A stretch of DNA of 64,000 nucleotides from positions 23,315 to 87,314 of the forward strand of contig JAFURC010000046.1 in NCBI GenBank assembly GCA_017472015.1, read 5' to 3'. The stretch is from Bacilli bacterium (GTDB taxonomy: Bacteria; Bacillota_I; Bacilli_A; RF39; UBA660). This document shows positions 1 to 12,787 of this stretch, one piece after another; within the stretch, counting starts at the first letter, position 1, and each line of letters starts with the position of its first letter. The notes beneath the pieces are model-generated. The model did no database searches. It saw only the letters and a program-made list of their open reading frames with translations, and was not told where the DNA came from. Both the position numbers and the translations under genes were made by a program.

Positions 1-719
1 ACAAATAATTCAGTTACATCATAAACAGAATTGGTTTGCATAAATTCAATTTTATCATGAAGTTTTAACTCTCCATCAAAAACCCGAGTTAGAGTTAAAA
101 TTCCTCTATATGAATCATATAAACTATCAAATATTAAAGATTTTAAAGGCTTATCAACACTTCCTTTAGGACTTGGTACTCTTTCAATTAAAGCATCAAC
201 TAATTCTTTTATGCCCTCACCAGTTTTAGCACTAACCGATAAGATTTCATCATATTTAAAACCAAATGTTTCAACAAGTTCCTTTTTTACTTTACTAACA
301 TCAGCACTAGGTAAGTCAATTTTATTAATAACCGGAATAATTTCTAAATCATTTTCAAGAGCTAAATACATATTAGCAATTGTTTGAGCTTCTACTCCTT
401 GAGTTGCATCAACAACTAAAATGGCTCCATCACTGGCTGCTAAACTACGACTTACTTCATAAGAAAAATCAACATGTCCTGGAGTATCTATTAAATTTAA
501 CATATAATCTTCATTTTTGTATTTATAAGATAAACGAACTGTATTAAGTTTTATGGTAATACCACGTTCACGTTCTATATCCATACTATCTAAAAGTTGT
601 TCTTTCAACTCTCTTTCACTTATTGCATTACAAACTTCAAGTATCCTATCTGCAAGTGTTGATTTACCATGATCAATATGCGCAATAATTGAAAAATTTC
701 TAATATTTTCTTGTTTCAT
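1..719 (-). CDS. lepA: Elongation factor 4 (LepA), N-terminal ~239 codons; the gene continues beyond the window start
   Basis: Reverse strand from ATG at 719-717 reads [70 protein letters not shown], a LepA-type GTPase. It is missing from the ORF track only because it runs off the window. Confidence 0.9.
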   Translation of the reverse strand, partial: MKQENIRNFSIIAHIDHGKSTLADRILEVCNAISERELKEQLLDSMDIERERGITIKLNTVRLSYKYKNEDYMLNLIDTPGHVDFSYEVSRSLAASDGAILVVDATQGVEAQTIANMYLALENDLEIIPVINKIDLPSADVSKVKKELVETFGFKYDEILSVSAKTGEGIKELVDALIERVPSPKGSVDKPLKSLIFDSLYDSYRGILTLTRVFDGELKLHDKIEFMQTNSVYDVTELF

Positions 720-819
720 AATTTCACCACACAAAGTATTTTATCACATAATATTTAAAAATTGTTAAAAGAATATAAAAAACATTAAAGATATTACACC
801 GATTGTATCAAATTTATCT

Positions 820-848
820 TTGACATTTTACTATTTTCATGATATTGT
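820..848 (+). promoter_or_regulatory. Candidate sigma-A promoter pointing at the 3' end of the small ORF 982-1056 (possible antisense RNA promoter)
   Basis: ttgaca at 820-825, 17-nt spacer, extended -10 tg-a-tattgt at 840-848. No protein ORF follows, only two hairpins. Confidence 0.3.
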
Positions 849-888
849 TTGTATGTAAGCAAGGAAATTTGCATATAATAAAAAAAGA

Positions 889-915
889 AACACTCAATTT
901 GCAAGGTTGAGTGTT
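889..915 (-). terminator. Rho-independent terminator for the small minus-strand ORF
   Basis: 9-bp stem aacactcaa / ttgagtgtt. On the minus strand it is followed by a T-run (complement of the A-run at 881-886). Confidence 0.5.
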
Positions 916-930
916 GCCAAATAAATGTGC

Positions 931-977
931 ATCACCTAACTCATTGTTTGATTTGTTAGGTGATTCTTTTATTTAAT
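931..977 (+). terminator. Hairpin plus T-rich tail, plus-strand orientation
   Basis: 10-bp stem atcacctaac (931-940) / gttaggtgat (955-964) followed by tcttttatttaat. Confidence 0.4.
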
Positions 978-981
978 AAAA

Positions 982-1056
982 TTATTTATAAAGTAATCCT
1001 ATTAGCAAAAGGATAATTATAATCAAAAATAATACTAAAAAGTCTCTCTTTGACAT
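982..1056 (-). CDS. 24-aa hydrophobic peptide MSKRDFLVLFLIIIILLLIGLLYK (candidate type I toxin or small membrane peptide)
   Basis: Hand translation gives ATG at 1056-1054 and TAA at 984-982. A strong SD ggaggagg (complement of 1066-1073) lies 9 nt upstream. A charged N-terminus is followed by one TM-length hydrophobic run. Too short for the ORF track. Confidence 0.35.
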   Translation of the reverse strand: MSKRDFLVLFLIIIILLLIGLLYK

Positions 1057-1260
1057 ACTATCAATCCTCCTCCTTCCATAGAAAAGAGGCAATCACCCAA
1101 CTAATCAAATGTTTCTAGATTCATAGTATCACTAATGTAACAAGTCAAATAAATTAGTGATTTTTTTTTCATTTTTTAATGTTAATATTTCCGAAATTTA
1201 TATCCAAAATTTGATAGGTTTATCTTAAAATAAATTATAATCATTCAAAATCTTTCTTAT

Positions 1261-1289
1261 TTGCATTTTGTCTACAAATATGCTATAAT
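1261..1289 (+). promoter_or_regulatory. Candidate sigma-A promoter for the 1317 ORF
   Basis: ttgcat (1261-1266), 17-nt spacer, tataat (1284-1289), about 28 nt before the ATG at 1317. Confidence 0.45.
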
Positions 1290-1316
1290 AACACCCAAAA
1301 AAGTGGGGTTTTTCAT

Positions 1317-1658
1317 ATGAATTTAAATGACTTAATATTAGAAATTAGTTTAAAAATTAAAAGAAATTTAGAATATATTAAATTACATAGTGAACTTACA
1401 AATTTCTTCTTAATTCTATCTACTAATTTAAAAACTATTAAGGAAGAATTTGCAAATCAAGAAAATAAAAATAATTTTGAAACTAAAAAATATTATACTA
1501 AACTAATTAATTTCTATGAAACTGAAGTTTTAACTATTAAAAATTTATTAGAAAATAATAATTTATTTGATAATAGTAATCCTTCTGTAAATCAAGAATT
1601 AAATAATAAAATCAAAGAAATTGAAAACTGTATTAAAAGATTTGAAATAGAATATTAA
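1317..1658 (+). CDS. Hypothetical Asn/Lys/Ile/Glu-rich protein, N-terminal piece ending at an in-frame TAA
   Basis: ORF track gives 113 aa. The same reading frame stays open immediately after the TAA at 1656-1658. Confidence 0.5.
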   Translation: MNLNDLILEISLKIKRNLEYIKLHSELTNFFLILSTNLKTIKEEFANQENKNNFETKKYYTKLINFYETEVLTIKNLLENNNLFDNSNPSVNQELNNKIKEIENCIKRFEIEY

Positions 1659-3530
1659 GATAATAATTTACTTAATTATATTAAAAATAAATATCAAAAC
1701 ATTATTAATAATTATCAATATGAATTAAAAGAATATTTAAATTATAGAAAAAATAGTTTATTTAATTCTTTAAAAAGAGATTATCAACCTAATCTAAATT
1801 TATATACAGATATTAATTTTATTAAACAAAAATATTTAAATGAATTAACACTTGTTTTAGATGATTTTATTAAATATTTAAATTCTTTAACTGATAATAA
1901 AAAATTAATTCAAGAAAAAGAAACTAATATTTTAAATAATTTAACATTAATTAAAGAAAAATTAAATTTTAATTTACTAGATGATTTTCTAAAAAGAAAA
2001 GAAGAATATAATAATTCTCTTGATAATATTAATTTAGAAAATTTAAAAATTGGTGAGTATCAAAATAAATATATTAATTATTTAATTTCCCTAGAAAATG
2101 AAATTCAAATAACCCTTTTATATCTTAAAAACCAAGAAATAATTAAAGATTTAGAAACAAAAATTCAAAGTAATATTAAAGAAATTAATAACTATCTTAA
2201 TACTAATTTAGAAGAAGAATTTAGTTTAATTAAAACAAATTATCAAAATATAATTTCAAGTTATACTACTTATGATAAAAATTCCATCTTAGATCAACAA
2301 ACTTATTTAAATAAATTAAATGAATTTCAAAAAAATTATCAGATTGATAAACAAATAATTGATTATATAAATTATTTAACAAATACTAATCCCTTACTTA
2401 TAAGATATAAAGTATTAGAAGAAATAGAAACATTTTTAACTAATAATCCAAACAATGAATTAGAAAATATTTTAGATAGAACTTATTATTTATTCTTACT
2501 ATTAGAATTTGTATTTAATAATCATCAAAAACTTGAAAATTTAACTCATAAAGAAAAATTATTAATTGAAAAATATTTTTTAATAGATATGGAAAATTTT
2601 GATAAAAGTAAACAGGAATTTTATCTTGATTATCTAAAAAATGGTTTATCAACTAATATTATTTTAGAATTTGTAAAATTAATAATTAATGAAGAAGAAC
2701 TATTTCAAAGTGCCCATATTGAATATTTAAAATTAGAAGAAGATTTAAATAAAAAATTTAAAAACATTGATTATAAAATAGTTAGTGATAAAACTTTTCA
2801 AGATAATGTAGCTTGTATTCAAACAATTGATACTAAAGAAATATTTAAAGTAAATATAAATGGTAATACAGAAAAAATAGAGATTCCAGAAAATTATAAT
2901 TATGTTAGATCCATTAATTTTAAAAACAACATCCTGACCTTTGAATGTGTTATTTCAAATGAAGAATTTTATAAAACAATATACATGACTGATTATATAA
3001 TTATTCCAAGTGACTATCTTAGTCATTTTGAACCTTTAATTTCTAAAGATAAATTTCTAGTATATAAAAAAGATGATAAAACTTTTATAGTTTTAGATGC
3101 AAATGACCAAAATTATAAAAAAATAATTCCTCTTTATAAAATAAATCGTTTTTTAAAGTTAAAATTAAAAAAACTAAAGACTATCAATTCTTGTATAGAA
3201 AATATCGAATTTATAGATAATCTAGTTATATTTAATATCCGGTATTACATAAATGTTTCACTTAATTCTATAAATGTAAGTTATGATATTAACACTGATA
3301 AATTTAAAGTTTTAAAAGAAATTCCAAAAAGTTTCTCTTCTTTAAATAAGAAAGAAAAAGAAGAAAAAGTTGAAAATTATTCTCTACTCTTTGATGGATG
3401 TAATTATCAATTTATTAATTTAGAAAAAGAACTTGATTGTCCTTATATGAGTATTATCAATAAGACTCATGAGATTGTTGTAAATAATAATTTAAAAACT
3501 AAAAAAATCAATTATAAAAATCATAATTAA
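1659..3530 (+). CDS. Continuation of the same frame (623 codons). First canonical start is ATG 2589. Hypothetical low-complexity/coiled-coil-like protein, possibly a pseudogene fragment
   Basis: I translated 1659-2588 codon by codon. There are 310 sense codons with no stop and no ATG/GTG/TTG, in the same frame as both 1317-1658 and the track ORF 2589-3530. Confidence 0.5.
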   Translation, partial: DNNLLNYIKNKYQNIINNYQYELKEYLNYRKNSLFNSLKRDYQPNLNLYTDINFIKQKYLNELTLVLDDFIKYLNSLTDNKKLIQEKETNILNNLTLIKEKLNFNLLDDFLKRKEEYNNSLDNINLENLKIGEYQNKYINYLISLENEIQITLLYLKNQEIIKDLETKIQSNIKEINNYLNTNLEEEFSLIKTNYQNIISSYTTYDKNSILDQQTYLNKLNEFQKNYQIDKQIIDYINYLTNTNPLLIRYKVLEEIETFLTNNPNNELENILDRTYYLFLLLEFVFNNHQKLENLTHKEKLLIEKYFLIDMENFDKSKQEFYLDYLKNGLSTNIILEFVKLIINEEELFQSAHIEYLKLEEDLNKKFKNIDYKIVSDKTFQDNVACIQTIDTKEIFKVNINGNTEKIEIPENYNYVRSINFKNNILTFECVISNEEFYKTIYMTDYIIIPSDYLSHFEPLISKDKFLVYKKDDKTFIVLDANDQNYKKIIPLYKINRFLKLKLKKLKTINSCIENIEFIDNLVIFNIRYYINVSLNSINVSYDINTDKFKVLKEIPKSFSSLNKKEKEEKVENYSLLFDGCNYQFINLEKELDCPYMSIINKTHEIVVNNNLKTKKINYKNHN

Positions 3531-3565
3531 TCATAAGAAAAAGTAGAAAATTTACTCTAAATCTT

Positions 3566-5957
<2,392 letters not shown>

Positions 5958-6833
5958 TTAATTTATTTAAATTAGAAACGACAAACTCCTTATCTTCTTT
6001 ATATGTTACTCCTAACCATTTATCAGTTGATTCTAAAACTGTTACTTTTTTATCATTATTTTTAATTTCATCAAATACAACATCTGGTATTAAATATTCA
6101 CACTTTGATAAATCATTTTTATTTTCTTCAAAGAACTTTTTAATACCCATATCAAGAGCATCAAACATTTTAGGAGTAAAGCCAAAGAAATTCATAGATA
6201 CTAAGGCATTTTCATCTACTTCAAATGAATCTCTTCCATCAAGTGGAGTGGCCATTATTTTATCTTCAACTCTCTCAATACTTGATTCAATAATGTTAGT
6301 TAAATAATTATCAGTACTTTCACATACACCTCGTTTAACACTTCCATTTTCTGTCATTGTATTAATAACACGGAAAGCGACCATTGCATAATTATCTTGA
6401 TCACTACTATTGTCAAAGAATTCTTTAATTTTTAAATATGCATCTCTTCCATAGAAGTCATCAGAATTAATCATAACAAAATTTGAGTCGACTTTACTTT
6501 TAGCTGCTAATACTGCATGCCCTGTTCCCCAAGGTTTAACACGGTCCTCTGGAACAACAACTCCTTCTGGGACATCTAAAACATCTTGGAAAACATATTC
6601 AACTGGTATTTTATTTTCAATACGATTTCCTACAGTACTTCTAAATAATTCATAATTTTCTTCTTTAATTATAAAAACTACTTTAGTAAAACCAGCTTTA
6701 ATTGCATCATAAATTGAGTAATCAATTATAAACTCCCCATTTGGACCAATTGGTTCTACTTGTTTAAGTCCTCCAAAACGACTACCCATTCCAGCCGCTA
6801 ATATTACTAATGTTAAATCTTTTTTCATTTTTT

Positions 6834-8984
6834 TCACACCTTTCTTAAATTCTTATGATTATACATAAGTGTTTTAATACCATATGGTAATTTAAATGCT
6901 ATTTTTAAAAGTGTTCGTTTAGGATCTTTTTTATTAACTAAAACTTCTACAACTTTCCCTGCTCCAAAGTTTTCATGATAAACAAAATCTCCTACTTTAT
7001 AGGTAATATCACTTTTTTTATAAATATCACTTAAATCTACCTTAGGTACTTCTTTAATATTATTATAATCTATTTTTTTAGAAATTTCAAAAACTTTCTG
7101 AGTTTCTATACAATCTAATAAACTAGAATCAATTTCTGTTATAAATCTACTAACCCGATTTACTTGATCAGTTCCATATAAAACTCTAATTCTTGCATTT
7201 GTTAAAAATAACTTTTTCTTAGCTCTAGTAATACCAACATAACAAAGTCTTCTTTCTTCTTCAATTTCTTCTTCAGTTTCTAAACAGTTTATATGCGGGA
7301 ATAAATTTTCTTCCATTCCAACTAAGAAAACATAATCAAATTCAAGTCCTTTAACTGCATGAATGGTCATTAAACTAACATTTTCTTTTTCTTCTTTAAG
7401 TTCAGTATTATCACTTATTAAACTAATATTAAGTAAAAAATCTTCTAAAGAAATAACTCCATTTTCTTCTTGAAATACTTTAGCAACCGATTTAAATTCT
7501 TCTAAGTTTTCAAGTCTAACTTCACTTTCTAAAGTTTTTTCATTTAAGTATTCATTCTTAATTCCACTTTTATCTAAAACTAAATCAATAAAATCAACAA
7601 GAGGCATAGTATCTTTAACTTTTCTTAAATCTTCGATTAAATTTTTAAAAATTAATTCTTTCCCAGATTCAATCGAATCATATAAACTCGTATTATTATC
7701 ATTTGCTCTCATTATTAAATTAGTTAAAGTTTTATTACCTATTCCTCTTCTTGGTACATTTATTATTCTTTCTAAACTAACATCATCATTTGGATTATGA
7801 ATAAGTCTTAAATAAGCCAGTAAATTCTTAATTTCCATACGACTATAGAAATTAACTCCACCTATTATTTTATATGGAATATTACTCTTTAATAGACCAT
7901 CTTCAAAATTTCTTGACTGGGCATTAGTTCTATAAAGAATAACCATATCACTTAAAGATATACCACTACTCTTTAATTCTTTTATTTTATTAACTACAAA
8001 ACTAACTTCATCAAGTCCACTACTTGCTCTATAATAACTAACTTTATCACCATCTGATAAATTAGAAAACAAATTCTTTTCTTTTCTATTTTTATTATTT
8101 TTAATAACACTATTAGCAGCATTTAATATTGTCTTAGTACTTCTGTAGTTCTCTTCTAAATTAATTACTTTAGCATCTTTATAATCTTTTTCAAAATTTA
8201 AAATATTTTTGTAATTTGCTCCCCTGAAACCATAAATTGCTTGATCAACATCTCCAACACAACAAATATTTCGGTATTTACCAGAAAGCATCTTCGTTAA
8301 TTTATACTGAGCCTCATTTGTATCTTGATACTCATCGATTAAAATATATTTAAATTTTTCTTGATAACTATCTAATATATCTTTTCTTTCCTTAAACAAC
8401 TTAATTGGTAATACAAGTAAATCATCAAAATCTAAAGAATTATTTTTAATTAAAGTATCTTCATACTTTTCATATACCATTGAAACTATCTTATCAAACT
8501 CAATAAAAACTTTTCTTTTATATTCTGAAGGAGTTACTAAATCATTTTTTAACTTACTAATTTGACTACGAATTGCTCTCGGATTAAATTTATTAGGATC
8601 AAGATTTTTATCTTTTAAAATTTTCTTGATAATCGTTAAAGAATCATCACTATCAAAGATTACAAAGTTTTTATCATATCCTAAATATTCATAATTTTCT
8701 TTAATAATTCGAAGACCAAACGAATGAAATGTTGATATTTGCATACCCTTAGCAAAATAACCAATCAATTTATAAATTCGATCTTTCATTTCACCGGCCG
8801 CTTTATTAGTAAATGTAATCGCCAGAATCTCTAAAGGTTCCACACCTTCCCTAATTAAATTAGCAATTCTAGTTGTTAAGACTTTAGTTTTCCCAGATCC
8901 TGCACCAGCAAGAACTAATAAAGGTCCATTTATATGTTTAACTGCTTCTATTTGTCTATTGTTTAAATTTTCTAATATGTCCAT
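6834..8984 (-). CDS. pcrA: ATP-dependent DNA helicase PcrA (UvrD family)
   Basis: Walker A AGAGSGKT, motif II LIDEYQDTN, 716 aa. Sits upstream of ligA, as is usual in Firmicutes. Confidence 0.92.
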   Translation of the reverse strand: MDILENLNNRQIEAVKHINGPLLVLAGAGSGKTKVLTTRIANLIREGVEPLEILAITFTNKAAGEMKDRIYKLIGYFAKGMQISTFHSFGLRIIKENYEYLGYDKNFVIFDSDDSLTIIKKILKDKNLDPNKFNPRAIRSQISKLKNDLVTPSEYKRKVFIEFDKIVSMVYEKYEDTLIKNNSLDFDDLLVLPIKLFKERKDILDSYQEKFKYILIDEYQDTNEAQYKLTKMLSGKYRNICCVGDVDQAIYGFRGANYKNILNFEKDYKDAKVINLEENYRSTKTILNAANSVIKNNKNRKEKNLFSNLSDGDKVSYYRASSGLDEVSFVVNKIKELKSSGISLSDMVILYRTNAQSRNFEDGLLKSNIPYKIIGGVNFYSRMEIKNLLAYLRLIHNPNDDVSLERIINVPRRGIGNKTLTNLIMRANDNNTSLYDSIESGKELIFKNLIEDLRKVKDTMPLVDFIDLVLDKSGIKNEYLNEKTLESEVRLENLEEFKSVAKVFQEENGVISLEDFLLNISLISDNTELKEEKENVSLMTIHAVKGLEFDYVFLVGMEENLFPHINCLETEEEIEEERRLCYVGITRAKKKLFLTNARIRVLYGTDQVNRVSRFITEIDSSLLDCIETQKVFEISKKIDYNNIKEVPKVDLSDIYKKSDITYKVGDFVYHENFGAGKVVEVLVNKKDPKRTLLKIAFKLPYGIKTLMYNHKNLRKV

Positions 8985-9050
8985 AATAATACCTCAAAAT
9001 CATTGTATCAAATAAAAATTCTAAAGTCACGTATTAAAATCAATTTTCTA

Positions 9051-9077
9051 AAAAAATAATTAACTATTGCTAGTTAA
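9051..9077 (-). terminator. Rho-independent terminator after trmK
   Basis: 7-bp stem ttaacta (9060-9066) / tagttaa (9071-9077). On the minus strand it is followed by a T-run (complement of the A-run 9051-9056). Confidence 0.45.
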
Positions 9078-9159
9078 CTGTTTTAGTTTATCAACAACTA
9101 CATTTCTAATACGTTTTAATTATACCCTTCAAGTAGTTTTAAGAAAAAAAACAAAGGAA

Positions 9160-9816
9160 TTAATGTTTCTCTAAAAAACTTTTAATTCTTTTGTTTTCAA
9201 ATTTTAATTTTATTTTTTTAAGTAAATATTTCTTTGGAAGTTTCTTTAATATATTAGTATTCGTGTTTAATAACTTAGTATAATAATATATTACTTCTAA
9301 ATCTTTATTGCTTAAAGAGCCAAAGAAATAGTTTATTTTATTATTCTTACCAGGAATGGCTTTTATAATTAAATAAGTTATATTCTTTTCAGTTAATAGT
9401 TCTTCTTTGATTATTTGAAAATTATTTTTGTTTAGTATTTTTCTAACGATTGGAAAATCATTGTTAGGACATAAAATAATATTTTTAATATTTTTCAAGT
9501 TATTCTTATCACTCAAGATATCACTAATTAACACGCCACCCATTCCAGATATTACAATTGTATCTATATTACTTGGTATATTATTGATACCGTCATTTAA
9601 AATAACTTTTATTTTATCTTCTAAACCATGTTTTTTTATATTTTCTCTTGCAATACTTAAAGGTTTTTCATTGATATCTGATGCTAATATCCTAATATTT
9701 TTTCTGTTGTTATATAAATATATATCTAAAAGAGCATGGTCACATCCAACATCAATTAAATCCGAGTTATCTGGAACATATGAGGCAACACGCTCTAATC
9801 TTTTGCTAAGTTTCAT
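9160..9816 (-). CDS. trmK: tRNA (adenine22-N1)-methyltransferase TrmK-like
   Basis: [26 protein letters not shown]-methyltransferase N-terminus. Lies immediately downstream of rpoD, like Bacillus yqfN. Confidence 0.75.
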   Translation of the reverse strand: MKLSKRLERVASYVPDNSDLIDVGCDHALLDIYLYNNRKNIRILASDINEKPLSIARENIKKHGLEDKIKVILNDGINNIPSNIDTIVISGMGGVLISDILSDKNNLKNIKNIILCPNNDFPIVRKILNKNNFQIIKEELLTEKNITYLIIKAIPGKNNKINYFFGSLSNKDLEVIYYYTKLLNTNTNILKKLPKKYLLKKIKLKFENKRIKSFLEKH

Positions 9817-10922
9817 TAGTCTGTTAAGAAATCCTTTAATTTACGAGATCTACTTGGATGACGCAACTTTCTTAAGGCTTTGGCTTCAATTTGACGAATA
9901 CGTTCTCTTGTTACATTGAATATTTGTCCAACTTCTTCAAGAGTTCTGCATTGCCCGTCATCAAGTCCAAATCGAAGACGTAAAACTTTTTCTTCACGTT
10001 CAGTTAAAGTTAGGAGTACTCCTGATAATTCTTCTTTTAACATACCAATTTCTGTATACTCCTCAGGTGACATAGTTCTTTCATCTTTAATGAAGTCTCC
10101 AAGATGGGAATCATCTTCTTCGCCAATTGGAGTTTCAAGACTTACCGGATCTTGACTAATTTTATAAACTTCTCGAACTTTATCAAGAGAAATTCCAAGT
10201 TTTTTAGCAAGTTCTTCATCTGTTGGTTCACGGTTTAATTCTTGAGTTAATTGTCTTTGAATACGAGCTAGTTTATTAATTGTTTCAACCATGTGAACAG
10301 GAATTCTTATAGTTCTTGCTTGATCAGCGATAGCACGAGTTATTGCTTGACGAATCCACCAAGTAGCATAAGTTGAGAATTTATAACCTTTGTCTGGATC
10401 AAATTTATCAACGGCTTTCATTAGCCCAATGTTTCCCTCTTGAATTAAATCTAAAAATAACATTCCACGTCCAACATAACGTTTAGCAATACTAACAACT
10501 AAACGTAAATTAGATTCAGCAAGCATTGTTTTAGCATGTTCATCACCTTCAGTAGCTAGACGAGCATATTCAAATTCTTCATCACTTGTTAATAGGTTAA
10601 TACGTCCAATTTCTTTTAAATACATACGAACTGGATCGTTTATTTTTATATCTTTTGAAGCAGTTAAATCTTCAAGTATCTTATCAGGTGATTCTATTTC
10701 TAATTCTTCACCACTAGTTGTATCATCATCTTCAGATAATATATCAATTTTATTTTCAAGTAAAATATTATATAAATCATCTAAAGCATCAGCATCTACA
10801 TCAAGACCTTTTAATTCATTAGCAAGTTGTTCATATGTAACAAATCCTTTTTTCTTACCTAATTCAACTAAGGCTAATTTTCTTTCTTCAAAAGTTTTAA
10901 CTTCATTAATCATTACTTTCAC
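9816..10922 (-). CDS. rpoD: Primary RNA polymerase sigma factor (sigma-70/SigA)
   Basis: Region 2 [17 protein letters not shown], region 4.2 [20 protein letters not shown]. Sits in a dnaG-rpoD operon context. Confidence 0.95.
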   Translation of the reverse strand: MKVMINEVKTFEERKLALVELGKKKGFVTYEQLANELKGLDVDADALDDLYNILLENKIDILSEDDDTTSGEELEIESPDKILEDLTASKDIKINDPVRMYLKEIGRINLLTSDEEFEYARLATEGDEHAKTMLAESNLRLVVSIAKRYVGRGMLFLDLIQEGNIGLMKAVDKFDPDKGYKFSTYATWWIRQAITRAIADQARTIRIPVHMVETINKLARIQRQLTQELNREPTDEELAKKLGISLDKVREVYKISQDPVSLETPIGEEDDSHLGDFIKDERTMSPEEYTEIGMLKEELSGVLLTLTEREEKVLRLRFGLDDGQCRTLEEVGQIFNVTRERIRQIEAKALRKLRHPSRSRKLKDFLTD

Positions 10923-12642
10923 TCCCTATTCTAAGTTTCATGATTTGATTACTTATTTTAGCTTGTTCATTTGGATCAATTTCATTTTTTATTAAATTCT
11001 CTAATCTTTTAATTTCCAGAGCCACATTATAATCCTTAATTACTTTTAAATAATCTAAAATAACTTTTTTATCTTCTGAATATTCAATATCAAGTTTTAA
11101 TATCTCACTAAACAAATCTTTAAGTTCTTTATTATCCTCTATATAAGTTAAAAAGTCTGCTATATTAATATAACCATATTTTTCATAAAAATACGTTATC
11201 TCTCTTATTAATATTCTATAAGAATCAAGTGGTATATGAATATGACTATTAGAAACAATTGTAATTACTTCGCGATTACTTACCATATAATAAACAATAG
11301 TTTGTAAAGTTTTTTCATATTTATCAAACTTTTTAACTTTAACTAAAGGCTCTTTAAAATTTGTTTTAGAAACACTTACTTTTTTAGACAACAACTCATT
11401 CAACTTTTTTTCCAAAGTATTATACCATACATTAGTTTCCTTAGCAAGATTTTTTAACATTATTTCGCGTTTTATTTCATCATTTTCTAAACTTATTTCA
11501 TTTAAGACTAAATTAATATAATTAGCTAAATCATTGCTACTGTTGAAATCAATTCCTTTTTTTAATACTTTAATCTTATAATCATTATAATTAATAGCAT
11601 TACTAATTAAAGAATAAAACTTATCACTACCATATTTTAATATATAATCATCAGGATCTAAGTTATCACTTAAAGGAATTACTTTTACATCTAAATTTGC
11701 ATCCATTAAAAGTTTCCCATTGTTTATTGTAGCCGATTCTCCGGCTTTATCACCATCTAAACATAAATAGACTTTATTACTTAACTTCTTAATGGATAAT
11801 ATTTGTTCATTAGTTAGTGAAGTTCCCATTAAAGCAATACAATTTTTAACCCCTATTGTGTAAGCCCTAATAACGGCCATAAATCCTTCCATAACAATAA
11901 CAAATTTATCCTGCCTAACACTTTCTTTAGCCCGATGATAATTAAATAAATTCTCACCCTTTTTAAATATTGGAGTTTCTTTACTATTTAAATATTTATT
12001 TATGTTTTCTCCATTAAATATTCTTCCGGAAAAACCATTTACTAAACCATTAAAATTAAATAACGGGAATATTATCCTATTAATATATGTATCATAATCA
12101 TCAGTAGCAAGTCCTAAATTATTTAAAGTATTAATATCATATCCTTTTTTTACTAATAAGTTAGTTAAAGTATCCCGATTCTTTAAAGAAAGACCTATTT
12201 GAAACTCTTTAATCGTGTCCATATCAAGATTTCTTGTTTTTAAATATTCTCTTGCTTTTTCTCCTTCTTTTGATAATAAATTATTTTGATAAAACTTATT
12301 TGCTATATCATAGATATCATAATAAACTTTATTTTTATCATCGACTCTTTTAAAATCTTCAAATATACTAACACCTATTTCATTTCCAACTAATCTAACG
12401 CTTTCTTTAAAACTAATATTTTCATATTTCATTAAAAAATTAAAAACATTTCCGGCTTCTCCACATACAAAACATTTATAAATTTGTTTTTCTCTTGAGA
12501 CACTTAAAGACGGGTTGGTATCACTATGAAAAGGACATAGTCCAAAATAATTTTTTCCTTTTTTAACAAGAGGAATATATTTTCCTATTAGATCAACTAT
12601 ATCTGTATTTTCTCGAATTTTTCTAATTAATTCATAATCCAT
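10906..12642 (-). CDS. dnaG: DNA primase
   Basis: CHC2 zinc finger [18 protein letters not shown], then Toprim ([17 protein letters not shown]). 578 aa. Confidence 0.93.
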   Translation of the reverse strand: MDYELIRKIRENTDIVDLIGKYIPLVKKGKNYFGLCPFHSDTNPSLSVSREKQIYKCFVCGEAGNVFNFLMKYENISFKESVRLVGNEIGVSIFEDFKRVDDKNKVYYDIYDIANKFYQNNLLSKEGEKAREYLKTRNLDMDTIKEFQIGLSLKNRDTLTNLLVKKGYDINTLNNLGLATDDYDTYINRIIFPLFNFNGLVNGFSGRIFNGENINKYLNSKETPIFKKGENLFNYHRAKESVRQDKFVIVMEGFMAVIRAYTIGVKNCIALMGTSLTNEQILSIKKLSNKVYLCLDGDKAGESATINNGKLLMDANLDVKVIPLSDNLDPDDYILKYGSDKFYSLISNAINYNDYKIKVLKKGIDFNSSNDLANYINLVLNEISLENDEIKREIMLKNLAKETNVWYNTLEKKLNELLSKKVSVSKTNFKEPLVKVKKFDKYEKTLQTIVYYMVSNREVITIVSNSHIHIPLDSYRILIREITYFYEKYGYINIADFLTYIEDNKELKDLFSEILKLDIEYSEDKKVILDYLKVIKDYNVALEIKRLENLIKNEIDPNEQAKISNQIMKLRIGSESND

Positions 12643-12713
12643 AATATTCCTCCAATTTTTTTAAATTAATATAATATTTCCAAACAAAAGTATTTTAACA
12701 AATTTAAAAGATA

Positions 12714-12742
12714 TTTACAATATTAAAAAAAAATAGTATAAT
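12714..12742 (+). promoter_or_regulatory. Candidate sigma-A promoter for rnj
   Basis: tttaca (12714-12719), 17-nt spacer, tataat (12737-12742). SD aaggagga lies about 10 nt before ATG 12788. Confidence 0.5.
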
Positions 12743-12787
12743 GTTTGAGTTAGTTCTTATAACTTAAAGAAAGGAGGATTTTAGTAA

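Noticed and set aside
9428-10155. ORFs 9428-9919(+) and 9916-10155(+)
   Set aside because: Antisense to trmK and rpoD. Spurious.
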